Assembly: GCA_049510745.1 (NCBI GenBank)
Contig: JBEKYR010000004.1
Span: 32,001-96,000, forward strand
DNA length: 64,000 nucleotides
Origin: Verrucomicrobiota bacterium
Lineage (GTDB): Bacteria; Verrucomicrobiota; Verrucomicrobiia; Limisphaerales; Palsa-1400
Direction of reading: 5' to 3'
The notes under the pieces were generated by a model. The model was given only the letters and a program-made list of their open reading frames with translations, was not told where the DNA came from and ran no database searches. Position 1 is the stretch's first letter. Each line of letters starts with the position of its first letter. This document shows positions 1 through 9,486 of this stretch, piece by piece. Both the position numbers and the translations under genes were made by a program.

Positions 1-1226
1 GCCAGCAGCGGCGAGCGCGTGGTGGCGGCAAAGACGCTGCCCATGCCGGCCAGGGCAAAAATGCCGATGGGCAAATGCGCCGGGGCCAATCCCCCGTGTT
101 GCAGGGCGATCCCCAGCAGGCTGCCCAGGCCCGCGCCCAGGAAGAGCGTGGGCGTAATCACACCGCCCACCGCGCCCGAGCCGACCGTGATCGCCGTAGC
201 CACCAGCTTGGCCAGCGAGATTCCGAGCAACTGGTCGAACTTCATCGGCTCCCGGATGATCTGGTTGGTCACTTCGTAGCCGTTGCCCCAGACCTCGGGA
301 AAGGCCAGCGCGATGCCTCCGACCAGGAGGCCGCCGACGGTCATCCGCGTGTAAAGCAGGGGCACACGCTGGAAGAACTCCTTGCTCACCTGCAGCAGCT
401 TGAGAAACATCGCGCCCAGCACCCCGGCAAAGAATCCCAGGATCAAAAACCACGGCAGTTGCGCGATGCTGGTGAAGTCAAAATTGGGAACTTCATACCA
501 TCGATGAATGCCGAAAAAGCTGCGCGACAAGACGGCGGAGACGACCGAGGAGCAGAGCAGCGGCGCAAAGAGGTTCATGGAGAAATTGCCCAGGACAATG
601 TGCGCGGCGAAAATCGCGCCGGTGATGGGGGCGTTGTAGGCGCCCGCGATGCCCGCCGCCGCGCCGCACGCCACCAGCAAACGCAGGCGATAGGGCTGCC
701 ACTTCGCCAACTGGCCCCACTTCGAGGCCAGGGTCGCGGACAATTGCGTGATGCCCCCTTCCCGCCCAATGGACGCGCCGGTGCCGATGCTGATGATCGA
801 GGAAACCGCGCGGACAATCCCGCTGCGAAAAGGCAGGCGGCCGTCGCCCGCCACCACCACCTCCAGGAGGTTGGTCGAGCGTTGCGTTCCGATCAGGCGC
901 AGGCCCCAATACAAAACGGCGCCGGCGGCCAATCCGCCCAGGGCCGGGGTCAATAATCGCCAGCGCGGGTCCAGCGTCCGCGCCACCTGCACAATGGTCT
1001 GGCCCGGACGGCCCGTCAGGAAGTCCTGCATCCCCTCGACCGAGAGGTAGAAAAGCACGTTGATGACCCCGCCGATCATCCCCACGACACTGGCGAGCAA
1101 AAAGTGGAAGGCCTCCTCGCTGAGCCACAGGCGTTCGCGCACCCGCAACGCTTTTTGCCAATGCTGGCGAAGATAATTGCGGGACGTCGCGAAAAAACGC
1201 TCGATTGTGGCCGGCCGATTCGCCAT
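1..1226 (-). CDS. ClC-family chloride channel/H+ antiporter (runs off the left edge of the window)
   Basis: Manual translation from ATG 1226 (not in ORF track): MANRPATIERFF...GASIGREGG...GAAAGIAGAYNAPITGAIF...GSGAVGGVITPTLFLG, which are ClC signature motifs. Confidence 0.92.
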   Translation of the reverse strand, partial: MANRPATIERFFATSRNYLRQHWQKALRVRERLWLSEEAFHFLLASVVGMIGGVINVLFYLSVEGMQDFLTGRPGQTIVQVARTLDPRWRLLTPALGGLAAGAVLYWGLRLIGTQRSTNLLEVVVAGDGRLPFRSGIVRAVSSIISIGTGASIGREGGITQLSATLASKWGQLAKWQPYRLRLLVACGAAAGIAGAYNAPITGAIFAAHIVLGNFSMNLFAPLLCSSVVSAVLSRSFFGIHRWYEVPNFDFTSIAQLPWFLILGFFAGVLGAMFLKLLQVSKEFFQRVPLLYTRMTVGGLLVGGIALAFPEVWGNGYEVTNQIIREPMKFDQLLGISLAKLVATAITVGSGAVGGVITPTLFLGAGLGSLLGIALQHGGLAPAHLPIGIFALAGMGSVFAATTRSPLL

Positions 1227-1288
1227 GCGTTGGACACAGTTATGATTGTTCTTGGCGCAAGAGGCAAACCCCTTTTTAATGGCGGGCG

Positions 1289-2167
1289 ATGCGGCCCATC
1301 GTTTCGCTGCTGGTTTATGTGATCGTTGTTTTTCTCGGTGGCGCCCTGCTCGCGCCCTGGCTTTACTGGTTTGCGCAGTGGGCGGCCGGTCACTTCCCCC
1401 CGCTGGCGCGGCTGGCCGCAAACCCGTTCCATCGCTTCCTTGGCCGGTCCCTGCTCGGTCTGGCGCTGCTCGGCCTGTGGCCGCTGCTGCGTTGCGCGGG
1501 CATGGCCCGGTGGCGCGATCTGGGCTTTGTCAAACAAAAGCAGCCGGGGAGGGAGCTTCTGCGCGGCTTCGCCCTCGGCTGGGCGTCGCTGGCGTGCGTC
1601 GCGTTGCTCGCGTTAGTCTGCCGCGCGCGCGCGCTGATCCCCGCTGCTTCCCCCGCCGAGCTTGGCCGGCATTTGCTCAACGCCACCCTGGCGGCGGTCC
1701 TCGTGGCCGTTCTGGAGGAGATTGTGTTCCGCGGCGCTCTTTTCGGCCTGTTGCGCAAGGCCATGCCGTGGCCCGCTGCGCTGGCCGTGAGCAGCGCGAT
1801 CTATTCGCTGGTCCACTTTATCGGAGAGGCGCAAACGGCGGAGCGGGTGCAATGGTTTTCCGGCCTGACGCTGCTGAGGGAGATGTGGCGGCATCCGCCC
1901 CATTTGGTGCCCGCGTTTTTCACCCTGTTTGTCGCCGGGGCCATTCTGGCGCTGGCCTATCAACGCACCGGCGCCCTGTTTTTCTCCATCGGCCTGCACG
2001 CGGGCTGGATTTTTTGGCTCAAGTCCTGCCGTTTTCTCCTCCACTCGTCGAGCGTTGATCAAGCCTTCTGGGGTTCCGACAAGTTGATCGACGGCTGGGT
2101 GTCGCTGCTCATGCTGATTCTCGTTTTCTTCCTGGTCGCATGGCGAAGACGAAGCGAGCCGACGTGA
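1289..2167 (+). CDS. CPBP (Abi/CAAX-like) intramembrane glutamic endopeptidase
   Basis: Multi-TM protein with LEEIVFRG, YSLVH and SIGLHAGW motifs. Confidence 0.85.
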   Translation: MRPIVSLLVYVIVVFLGGALLAPWLYWFAQWAAGHFPPLARLAANPFHRFLGRSLLGLALLGLWPLLRCAGMARWRDLGFVKQKQPGRELLRGFALGWASLACVALLALVCRARALIPAASPAELGRHLLNATLAAVLVAVLEEIVFRGALFGLLRKAMPWPAALAVSSAIYSLVHFIGEAQTAERVQWFSGLTLLREMWRHPPHLVPAFFTLFVAGAILALAYQRTGALFFSIGLHAGWIFWLKSCRFLLHSSSVDQAFWGSDKLIDGWVSLLMLILVFFLVAWRRRSEPT

Positions 2168-2275
2168 TTCTTTTCAGCGCTCATAAACGACTGGAGTTAT
2201 TCTGCGGCCGATTCCTTTGTTCACCGGTTTGCTCCTGGACGATCCCGCGGATGTATGCCCCCTGTGATGTCGATA

Positions 2276-4762
2276 TTATTGCTTCTGCAACTCTGCTTCC
2301 ATCTCCCGGGTCGCACCTTCAGCAAGGTTGAGTGACTGGGACCAGGTTCGGAAGCCTTCGGCCTCGACGGTGAGTAGAAGATCTTCATCGGGCAACAGAG
2401 ACGTCGAACGCCAGCGTCCATCTTGTTGTTTTTCGAACCTGACGTCACCGGAGTCGCCGTTAATCCAGTGCGGCGCCTGCGTGTATGGTTTTCTGTCGTT
2501 CGCATAGGTTGCCTGGCACTTGAAAGCCGAAATAGCACTACCGTCCTCCGCTACTGCTCGAATGAGGAGAATCGGCGCGGTGTAATACATGACGGAGATT
2601 TCATTGGTATCGTGATCGAGAATCGCGGCCGTCATCTCATTCTCGTTCCGCCAGGGGGAATCGTTGGACCAACGATATCGAGTTGATTGGTGTTCGTTCA
2701 CCATAAGAACGATTCGGACATCGGCAAGGCCTTGCGGGACCTTCACCACAATCCGGCCGTCTTGATCGGGACGCCCCTCACCCCACCAGGCTGTGTCGCC
2801 TAACCGACCTGAAACATGCACCTCGTGGGTCTTGTGCGGGTGGCCCTGTCCGTCGAGTTGCTGAATGCCGAGAAGGATATGAGGAACCGCATGGATCTCT
2901 ATGGATTGAGTCGCTTGCCCTGCTTGGATTTGCAGCTTCTGATGCAGGAACACGTCCGAAACCGGATAACGAGTGCGGTCTTGGGCGAGATTGTCCCGCG
3001 GATATTCGCTGATCAATATATGGTAGTCACCGGCCGGAAGCGGCCCGGTGGCGAACTGACCTTGCTCATCGGTGAGGGCGGAACGGGCAAGTGCGTCGGC
3101 CACCGGCATGCCGATTGACTTTTTGGCGGGGCCGCCGGAGAGTTCGGCATTCACCCAGACTTGGCTCACGGGCGAGCCATCGCTGTCGAACACCCGGCCC
3201 GAGAGGCGGACTCCATCTTCGAGCATGAACTGGCCGAGATCCCCGCGTTGCTGATGGATCAGGTGCGTAGAGGGAACGAAATCCTGGGGTAGCAACCACA
3301 GCACTGCTTCGCCGCCTTTGACGACGTTTATATGGAATGAGCCGGCGGCGTCGGTATTAGTGTCCGCGAATGAACCATAGTCGGACATATCTGTTTTGAC
3401 GGCTTTCGAGTATGTCAGCACTTTAACGCCGGCGGCGGGCGTGCCATCCGGGCGCACTAATGTCCCGCTGATGTCTTCCGCAGAAGCCAAGTCAAGATGC
3501 TCGAAAAACGGACGCTCTCCGAGGGATTGGTTCGTGCGAATCATGCTCAAGCTATAACCGTCCCACGGGCGGCGGGCATAGTTCGGGTGCGTGACCTCAA
3601 AATTCAAGTAAGTTGAGCGGTTAGTGGACTGCTCGGGCGTCAAGCCGAAGATGAACTGGCCATTCGCATCGGTCAGATGTTCAGTTTCCTCAAGCACGCG
3701 GTGTTCGGTGGAAGAGGAAATTTCGCGCCGCACCCGCACCGTTGCGCCTTGGACGGGTTCATGGGTGAGTTTATCAATGACCCTTCCCGTGAAGGACAGG
3801 GTATCCGTGACCGCACCCGTCTCTTCCGGCGCGCTTGATCTCTTTTTCATAGTGAGGGCCGAAAGGCCTTTCCTGTTCTGGTCCTGGGCGGGCACGCCAG
3901 CATCCGCGCCAGGGAAGCCATTGGCGGTGGCTGATGGTGACGCCGAATGGGGAGTAAACAAACCCCCGGCACTCACGAAGAGGAGAATTAAAGCCAGCGA
4001 AGCCCCCGCGAGGCCCGCGGCAAACTTCACCTTTGCCCAGTGCCAGGCGCGGAGAGTCTCCCGTGCCAATGGCGGCAGCATCGCGGAAGCAGATGCCGAA
4101 GTCGCTGCCAACGCAATCTTCGTGACGGCCGCGGCCATCGCTGCCGGAGCCGCCTGCACCGTTTTCTCGGCCAATACCCCGGCGAGCGCGACACCCCCCA
4201 GTTTAACACCCCGATGAACCAGAAACTCCCGCATCCTTTCCACAGCCCGGCTGACGCGCTTTTTGGCCGCCTCTTCGCTAATGCCCAGATGCTCACCGAC
4301 TTTGCGCATGGGCGCTTTTTCATAAAATCGCAGCAGAATTGCAGACCGGTCGGTTTCAGAGAGAGCGGCCACGGCCAGATCAAGGTGAGGCGCCAGTTGT
4401 TGCCAGAGGATCTCGTCGTTTTCGGGAGAATTGGGATCGTGGGTCATAATAGTGCAGGCAGTGGATTCACGGCTTTTGCGCCGCTGTTCTGCGCGCCGGG
4501 CATGGGCAGCCACGTGGCAGGTCGTGCGAAAGAGCCAGCCGCCCAGAACGGTGCCGGGACGGATCTCCCGGGCCTTGCCAGCCAGCAGCAAGAAGACCGA
4601 CTGGACCACGTCTTCGGCCAGATGCGGATCGCCCACCTGGCGGAGGGCGACGGAGTGAACCCAGTCGAGGTGGAGCCTGACCAGTTCGGCAAACGCCGAT
4701 TCCGAACGGTTCTTCGCGTAAGCCTGAAGTAATTCCCAATCGCTCATAGCGTGCAATGTCAT
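2276..4762 (-). CDS. ECF sigma-70 factor fused to a TM segment and a long C-terminal beta-sandwich (carboxypeptidase-regulatory-like) extension
   Basis: N-terminal SAFAELVRLHLDWV..AEDVVQSVF..GWL, region-4 HTH (LGISEEAAKKRVSRA), hydrophobic segment near aa 245-268, repeated GRV.D..G.PV / TD..G.F motifs. Confidence 0.85.
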   Translation of the reverse strand: MTLHAMSDWELLQAYAKNRSESAFAELVRLHLDWVHSVALRQVGDPHLAEDVVQSVFLLLAGKAREIRPGTVLGGWLFRTTCHVAAHARRAEQRRKSRESTACTIMTHDPNSPENDEILWQQLAPHLDLAVAALSETDRSAILLRFYEKAPMRKVGEHLGISEEAAKKRVSRAVERMREFLVHRGVKLGGVALAGVLAEKTVQAAPAAMAAAVTKIALAATSASASAMLPPLARETLRAWHWAKVKFAAGLAGASLALILLFVSAGGLFTPHSASPSATANGFPGADAGVPAQDQNRKGLSALTMKKRSSAPEETGAVTDTLSFTGRVIDKLTHEPVQGATVRVRREISSSTEHRVLEETEHLTDANGQFIFGLTPEQSTNRSTYLNFEVTHPNYARRPWDGYSLSMIRTNQSLGERPFFEHLDLASAEDISGTLVRPDGTPAAGVKVLTYSKAVKTDMSDYGSFADTNTDAAGSFHINVVKGGEAVLWLLPQDFVPSTHLIHQQRGDLGQFMLEDGVRLSGRVFDSDGSPVSQVWVNAELSGGPAKKSIGMPVADALARSALTDEQGQFATGPLPAGDYHILISEYPRDNLAQDRTRYPVSDVFLHQKLQIQAGQATQSIEIHAVPHILLGIQQLDGQGHPHKTHEVHVSGRLGDTAWWGEGRPDQDGRIVVKVPQGLADVRIVLMVNEHQSTRYRWSNDSPWRNENEMTAAILDHDTNEISVMYYTAPILLIRAVAEDGSAISAFKCQATYANDRKPYTQAPHWINGDSGDVRFEKQQDGRWRSTSLLPDEDLLLTVEAEGFRTWSQSLNLAEGATREMEAELQKQ

Positions 4763-4857
4763 TTAATTATGAATTCCCGCCAACGAGAAAAGGGGACACC
4801 TTTTCAGCAGCCAATGATGCCAAAAAAACCCTCAATGCTCCCAGTGCTCCTTTTATT

Positions 4858-6858
4858 TCAACGTTGCACCTTTGGCTCCGCCCAGATTGCCCAGGAACTG
4901 TGGTTGTGCCCTTCACCTCCGTCGGTCAGCAGTTCAAGTTCCTTCACCTGCGAGATGTCGATTTTCACGTCCTCCTGCTCCCCGACGCGCAGCAGGCGGG
5001 AGCGATAAAGCTCCCGGCCATCGCCGCGCACGGTAAAAATCGCGGAACCCTGGATGTTGGCCCCATCGCGCAAGCCGATCGTGGCGGTGAAGGTCTTCCA
5101 TTTGCCATCCACGGGAAAAACATACCGCGCAGGCGAGTGCGCGTAGAGTCCTTTGTCATAGAACCGGTCGCCGAGCGTGAGAAAAACGCCCTCCTGAATG
5201 CGCTGGTCGAACCAGAAATAATTGCGCGCGACCTGGCCCCACCCGACTTTTGCGTCGGTCCACGCCGCATCGGAAAGGAAGGCGCTGTCGCCTTGCACGG
5301 CGGCGAGGGCGAATGGGGCGGCGGGATCGAGCACGGCGCGCAGCAGGCGGAGTTTGCGCGCCGCCTCAGGCGTGGGCGCGGCGGCCACAACCTCATCGTT
5401 CACGAATTTTCGCGCGTCCGGTTGGCCGGTCGAAACCGCGCTTTCCGCCCGATCGACGATCCATTCCGCATTCAAGGCGGCAAGATCGGGCGCGGAGGAG
5501 GCATCGTAAGAGAGGGGAAAACCTTCCCCGTCTGAGGCCCCGTTCACATGCAGCCTTGTCAGGATGAGATGCCAGTGATCCCACTTGCCCCTGCGAAGCC
5601 CGTCCAAGTCGAGGGTAAAGGCGCCGTCTTTGAGCACGCAAGGAAAGGTGCGCGCCCGATGGTCGTCTATCCCCTTGTCCACCGGCCAGACATAGGCGAT
5701 GACCGCGTAAGGCGGAACGGCGCCGGTGACCACGCCTTGAATTCTGATCGTGCCGTTCGTGGCGGAGAAGTGGAGGGATTTGAAACCGCTCTCCAGCGCG
5801 TCCCATCGTCCGCGGTCCGAGCCGGTCAAGAGCGGGTGCGAGAGGAGTTGAAGCGCGGAGGCGCGGCCCAGATAGGTGGGCGGTCCTCCGCCCCACAATT
5901 CCTGGCGATAGGTGATATTTCCCCCGCCCATCAGCGAAACGCCGAAGGACTTCTCCGGTTCGCCGCCGTCATCGTGCGGGAGGCCGAGAGCGTGGCCCAG
6001 TTCATGAGCCGTGCCCCCAAGATACATGGAATTGAATTTGGCGACCGTGGTCTCGACGCGCGGATAGTAGTGCTCGGTAAAAACCATCGGCTGATTCGTT
6101 TCCTTCAGCAGGAGCGGATCGAGCAGTTCGCAATCCGCCGCATGACACATTCCGTTGCGCTCCGAACCGCCGCCGTAATACGGGGCGTCGAACACGTAGC
6201 GCCCGTCGGCCTCCTTGCGGCAGAGGGCGTAAAAGACCAGCAGATGCTCGCGATCCAGGTCCATCGTTCCTTTGAGGGCGAGGCGGATCTCCTGCGCCGT
6301 GCGGTCACCGGACTTGTAATGATACTCGCTGGCCGGCAACTGCCCCCGAACGAGATGCAACACCAGCTTTCCCTCCTGCCGCTCGAGCGGCAGCCCGGCC
6401 GTCTGGATCCCGAAGCGCCGGAACCCATCGCGATAGAAGTCGCTGACGTCATTTACGACGCGATCCAGCCGCTCGGCGAAGTTGGGGAGCGGGTCGCAGT
6501 CTTTGGGAACGAAATAGACCACCCGCAGCACGCTTTTTGCACGCGGCTGGCCCTGGTGGTAGGCGGAGATAATCCGTTGCGCCTCCTGGAGCATCGCGCT
6601 GCCCGCCGGATCGTCAGGAACCACCTTGTCATCAGCTTCCCCAACCTTATTTGTTTGGGCAGACGCGGACGAAGCAACCAGTGGGGCACCTGAAGCCTCA
6701 TGCCAAACGGTTTGTTGCGCGGAGGGCATGCCTTCGACTGTCTGCAAAAGGAAAATAAGGAGCGGCATGAGCACAGGCCAACTGATGTGGTTGGAAGGGT
6801 GCGCTGGAATAATGGTTCCCGCCGAGGCGGCGTTTGGATTTGCCGGTTCGTCTTTCAT
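4858..6858 (-). CDS. Secreted metzincin-like metallopeptidase with C-terminal NPCBM/NEW2 domain
   Basis: HELGHALGLPHD zinc motif plus SLMG Met-turn; C-terminal FLSD..W..AKVGWG...KGLYAHSP...FTATIGL..GSAIFTVRGDG..WAIWAEP. Confidence 0.8.
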   Translation of the reverse strand: MKDEPANPNAASAGTIIPAHPSNHISWPVLMPLLIFLLQTVEGMPSAQQTVWHEASGAPLVASSASAQTNKVGEADDKVVPDDPAGSAMLQEAQRIISAYHQGQPRAKSVLRVVYFVPKDCDPLPNFAERLDRVVNDVSDFYRDGFRRFGIQTAGLPLERQEGKLVLHLVRGQLPASEYHYKSGDRTAQEIRLALKGTMDLDREHLLVFYALCRKEADGRYVFDAPYYGGGSERNGMCHAADCELLDPLLLKETNQPMVFTEHYYPRVETTVAKFNSMYLGGTAHELGHALGLPHDDGGEPEKSFGVSLMGGGNITYRQELWGGGPPTYLGRASALQLLSHPLLTGSDRGRWDALESGFKSLHFSATNGTIRIQGVVTGAVPPYAVIAYVWPVDKGIDDHRARTFPCVLKDGAFTLDLDGLRRGKWDHWHLILTRLHVNGASDGEGFPLSYDASSAPDLAALNAEWIVDRAESAVSTGQPDARKFVNDEVVAAAPTPEAARKLRLLRAVLDPAAPFALAAVQGDSAFLSDAAWTDAKVGWGQVARNYFWFDQRIQEGVFLTLGDRFYDKGLYAHSPARYVFPVDGKWKTFTATIGLRDGANIQGSAIFTVRGDGRELYRSRLLRVGEQEDVKIDISQVKELELLTDGGEGHNHSSWAIWAEPKVQR

Positions 6859-6909
6859 AATCTGGTTCCACCTGTAGTGGCGTTATTTTGAGCCAAATGG
6901 GTCCATTTC

Positions 6910-8610
6910 CTAAAACTTGGCGCGGGAGAACGCCTCGACGCATTCATGCACCGAGGGGAAGAAAGATTCCTCGCCGATCTCGCTCGCCAACCCGGTGTTT
7001 TCGAGCAGTTCGCGCAAGGGCCGGTTGGCATGGGCGAATTTCAAGGCAATGCCCTTGTCCTTCAATTCCTGGTGCAAGGTGTGCAGCATTTCGACTGCGG
7101 TCACGTCGATATCGGTAATCGCCTGGGCGTCCAGCAGGAACCATCGGATCGGCTCGGGCCGGGCCGCGATCAAATTGTGGACGCGTTCGGCGAAGTAGCC
7201 GGCGTTGGAGAACAACAGCGGCGCGTAGAAACGGTAAGCCAGCAGACCCGGCACGGTTTCGCCCGCCGTCTCGCCCACGTCGTGGAAGCCGTGACCGGGG
7301 ACCTCGCTCAACACCGCGTCGGGCGGATGGGAGATTCGATTGATCAGGCCCAGGAGGGAAAGAACGACGCCCAGGAGAATGCCCACCACCACGCCGGCCG
7401 CCAGCACGCCCACCGTCGTCAGCGCCGCGATCCCCGCGGCGGTGGGATAGAACCGGTAAATGCGCTTCATCGCCTCGAATTCGACCAGGGTCGAACCGCC
7501 GTAAATGAGGATCGCGGCCAGCGCCACGATGGGCAAATGCGACAGCACCGGAGTCAAGAACAAAAGGAAGAGGGCCAGGCTCAGCGCCGCGACCAGGCTG
7601 GACATTTGCGATTTTGCGCCCGCGGCGTCATTGATGGTCGTGCGGGCCTGGCTGCCGGTGACGCAAAACCCCTGGAAAAACCCGTTGCACACGTTGGCCG
7701 CGCCCAGGGCCGCCAATTCCTGGTTGGGGGCAATCTCGTAGCCGTTTTTCGCCGCAAAGGCGCGGGCCAGCAGAATGCCTTCCGTATAGGCGAGAAAGGC
7801 GATGCCGATGGCCGCCGGCAACAGGCTGTGGATGTCATGCCAATCGGCCTCGGGCACTGCAAATCCCGGCAGCCCGCCGGGAAACCTTCCCACCACCGCC
7901 ACCCCCCGCCCCTCCAATCGCAAGGCGACGGAGACTGCGGTGGCCAGGACGCACGCCACCAGCGGTCCGGGAATCTTCGGCGCCAGCCGGCGCAGCGTGA
8001 AAAGCAAGGCCAGCAAACTCAACCCAAACAAGAAGGTCGGGAGGTGAATTTGGTCCAGCTTGCCGGCCACCTCGAAGACACGCGGGAAGAAATCGTTGTT
8101 GGTCAGCCGCACACCGAGCAACCCGCTCAACTGCGACGCCACCAGAATCAACGCCGCGCCCGTCATGTAACCGACCAGCACCGGTTTGGACAGGAAGTCC
8201 GCCACTTTTCCCAGTTTGACGCGGCTGCCCAGAAGCAGAAACAATCCGCTCAACACGCCCAACATGGCCGCCAACGCCGCCGCCCGGTGCCCGTCGCCGC
8301 CGGCCAATGGAATGATGGCGCTGGCCATGAGCAAAGAAATGGCGATGTCCGGTCCCGCAATGACCTGCCGTGAACTGCTGAAGAGCGGATAAATGATCAG
8401 CGGCACCAACGCGGCGTAAAGGCCGTGCTCGGGCGGCAAACCCATCAGCCGGGCATAAGCGATCACCGAGGGAATCATGACCACGCAAACGCTGGCCCCC
8501 GCCACCGCGTCCCCGGCCAGCCAGGAGCGCTGGTAATCGCGAAAGAGCGCCAGCCCCGGAATAAACCGGAAAAGCGCGGAAGGCGCGGGTTGGTCCGGGC
8601 GTTCGGTCAT
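6910..8610 (-). CDS. SulP-family anion transporter with STAS domain
   Basis: GDAVAG..IAYARLMGLPPEHGLY, NQELAALGAAN, C-terminal RFYAPLLFSNA..LDAQAITDID; start chosen at MTERPDQ. Confidence 0.92.
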   Translation of the reverse strand: MTERPDQPAPSALFRFIPGLALFRDYQRSWLAGDAVAGASVCVVMIPSVIAYARLMGLPPEHGLYAALVPLIIYPLFSSSRQVIAGPDIAISLLMASAIIPLAGGDGHRAAALAAMLGVLSGLFLLLGSRVKLGKVADFLSKPVLVGYMTGAALILVASQLSGLLGVRLTNNDFFPRVFEVAGKLDQIHLPTFLFGLSLLALLFTLRRLAPKIPGPLVACVLATAVSVALRLEGRGVAVVGRFPGGLPGFAVPEADWHDIHSLLPAAIGIAFLAYTEGILLARAFAAKNGYEIAPNQELAALGAANVCNGFFQGFCVTGSQARTTINDAAGAKSQMSSLVAALSLALFLLFLTPVLSHLPIVALAAILIYGGSTLVEFEAMKRIYRFYPTAAGIAALTTVGVLAAGVVVGILLGVVLSLLGLINRISHPPDAVLSEVPGHGFHDVGETAGETVPGLLAYRFYAPLLFSNAGYFAERVHNLIAARPEPIRWFLLDAQAITDIDVTAVEMLHTLHQELKDKGIALKFAHANRPLRELLENTGLASEIGEESFFPSVHECVEAFSRAKF

Positions 8611-8724
8611 GGGCCGTAGCTTCGCAGGAGAAAGCCGGTTTGTCGATTTGCGATTTACGAGAATTGGGCAAGGCGATGCGCTCGCTTCTTTGGACGGCCA
8701 ACCTAATAGGGGAAACCAGCCTTT

Positions 8725-8800
8725 TCGCGCAGAGGCGCAGAGCGCGCAGAGAAAAACTGTCTTCTTCCTCCCCCTCTGCGCCCTTTGCGCCTCTGCGCGA
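8725..8800. repeat. Intergenic inverted repeat with (CGCAGAG-n)x3 arms
   Basis: tcgcgcagaggcgcagagcgcgcagag ... ctctgcgccctttgcgcctctgcgcga. Confidence 0.85.
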
Positions 8801-8952
8801 GTATTCCCGCTCGGAGCGTTGTCACGCACCGGGAACGCTTCATTCCCTGATCGGCACAATATGAAGAAATTTGTCCTGCACCCATTTGCCATGCCAACGG
8901 GTCCAAAACCGCGAAATCATTTCGAATTAAGGCACTTCCCGAAACTCCGCTC

Positions 8953-8981
8953 TTGACACTAATAACGCCTGGCGTTATGTC
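8953..8981 (+). promoter_or_regulatory. Putative higA promoter with palindromic operator
   Basis: TTGACA at 8953-8958 followed by a perfect inverted repeat ATAACGCC-T-GGCGTTAT (8962-8978) just upstream of the higA ATG. Confidence 0.65.
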
Positions 8982-8995
8982 GATTAGCGCTGACT

Positions 8996-9298
8996 ATGAA
9001 AAGCAAACTGCTGACCAACATAACGCCGGGCGAAATCCTGGATGAAGAATTCCTCAAGCCGATGGCCATCACGCAATACCGGCTGGCCAAAGACATCGGC
9101 GTGCCCCCGCGGCGCATTAACGAAATTGTCAAAGGCCAGCGCGCCATCACGGCCGACACCGCCTTGCGGTTGGGACGCTACTTTGGCATGTCGCCGCAGT
9201 TCTGGCTCAACCTGCAATCCCATTACGACCTCGAACAGGAACAGGAGCGGCTGGCCGGCCGGCTCGACAAAGAAGTTAAAGTCCTGGCGGCGGCGTGA
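8996..9298 (+). CDS. higA: HigA-family addiction module antitoxin (orphan)
   Basis: TPGEILDEEFLKPMAITQYRLAKDIGVPPRRINEIVKGQRAITADTALRLGRYFGMSPQFWLNLQ. Confidence 0.93.
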   Translation: MKSKLLTNITPGEILDEEFLKPMAITQYRLAKDIGVPPRRINEIVKGQRAITADTALRLGRYFGMSPQFWLNLQSHYDLEQEQERLAGRLDKEVKVLAAA

Positions 9299-9309
9299 GT
9301 CGCCTCAAA

Positions 9310-9432
9310 GTAATGCGTCAGTGGCGGATGGTAGGGACGGCTCGCCGAGCCGTCCGAGGGTGGTTCTTGCCGGGTGGTCGCCTCGGCGAGGCGACCCTAC
9401 CATTCCCAGGCCCGCCGTCACTGAGTCATTAC
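9310..9432. mobile_element. 123-bp MITE containing a GTAG-type REP doublet
   Basis: TIRs gtaatgcgtcagtggcgg / ccgtcactgagtcattac; 8-bp direct repeat gcctcaaa at 9302-9309 and 9433-9440; inner GTAGGGACGGCTCGCCGAGCCGTCC...GGTCGCCTCGGCGAGGCGACCCTAC. Confidence 0.8.
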
Positions 9433-9486
9433 GCCTCAAACGAAAATCCGGTTGCATTTGGTGCAGAGTACTGCCAAATTCCGTCC

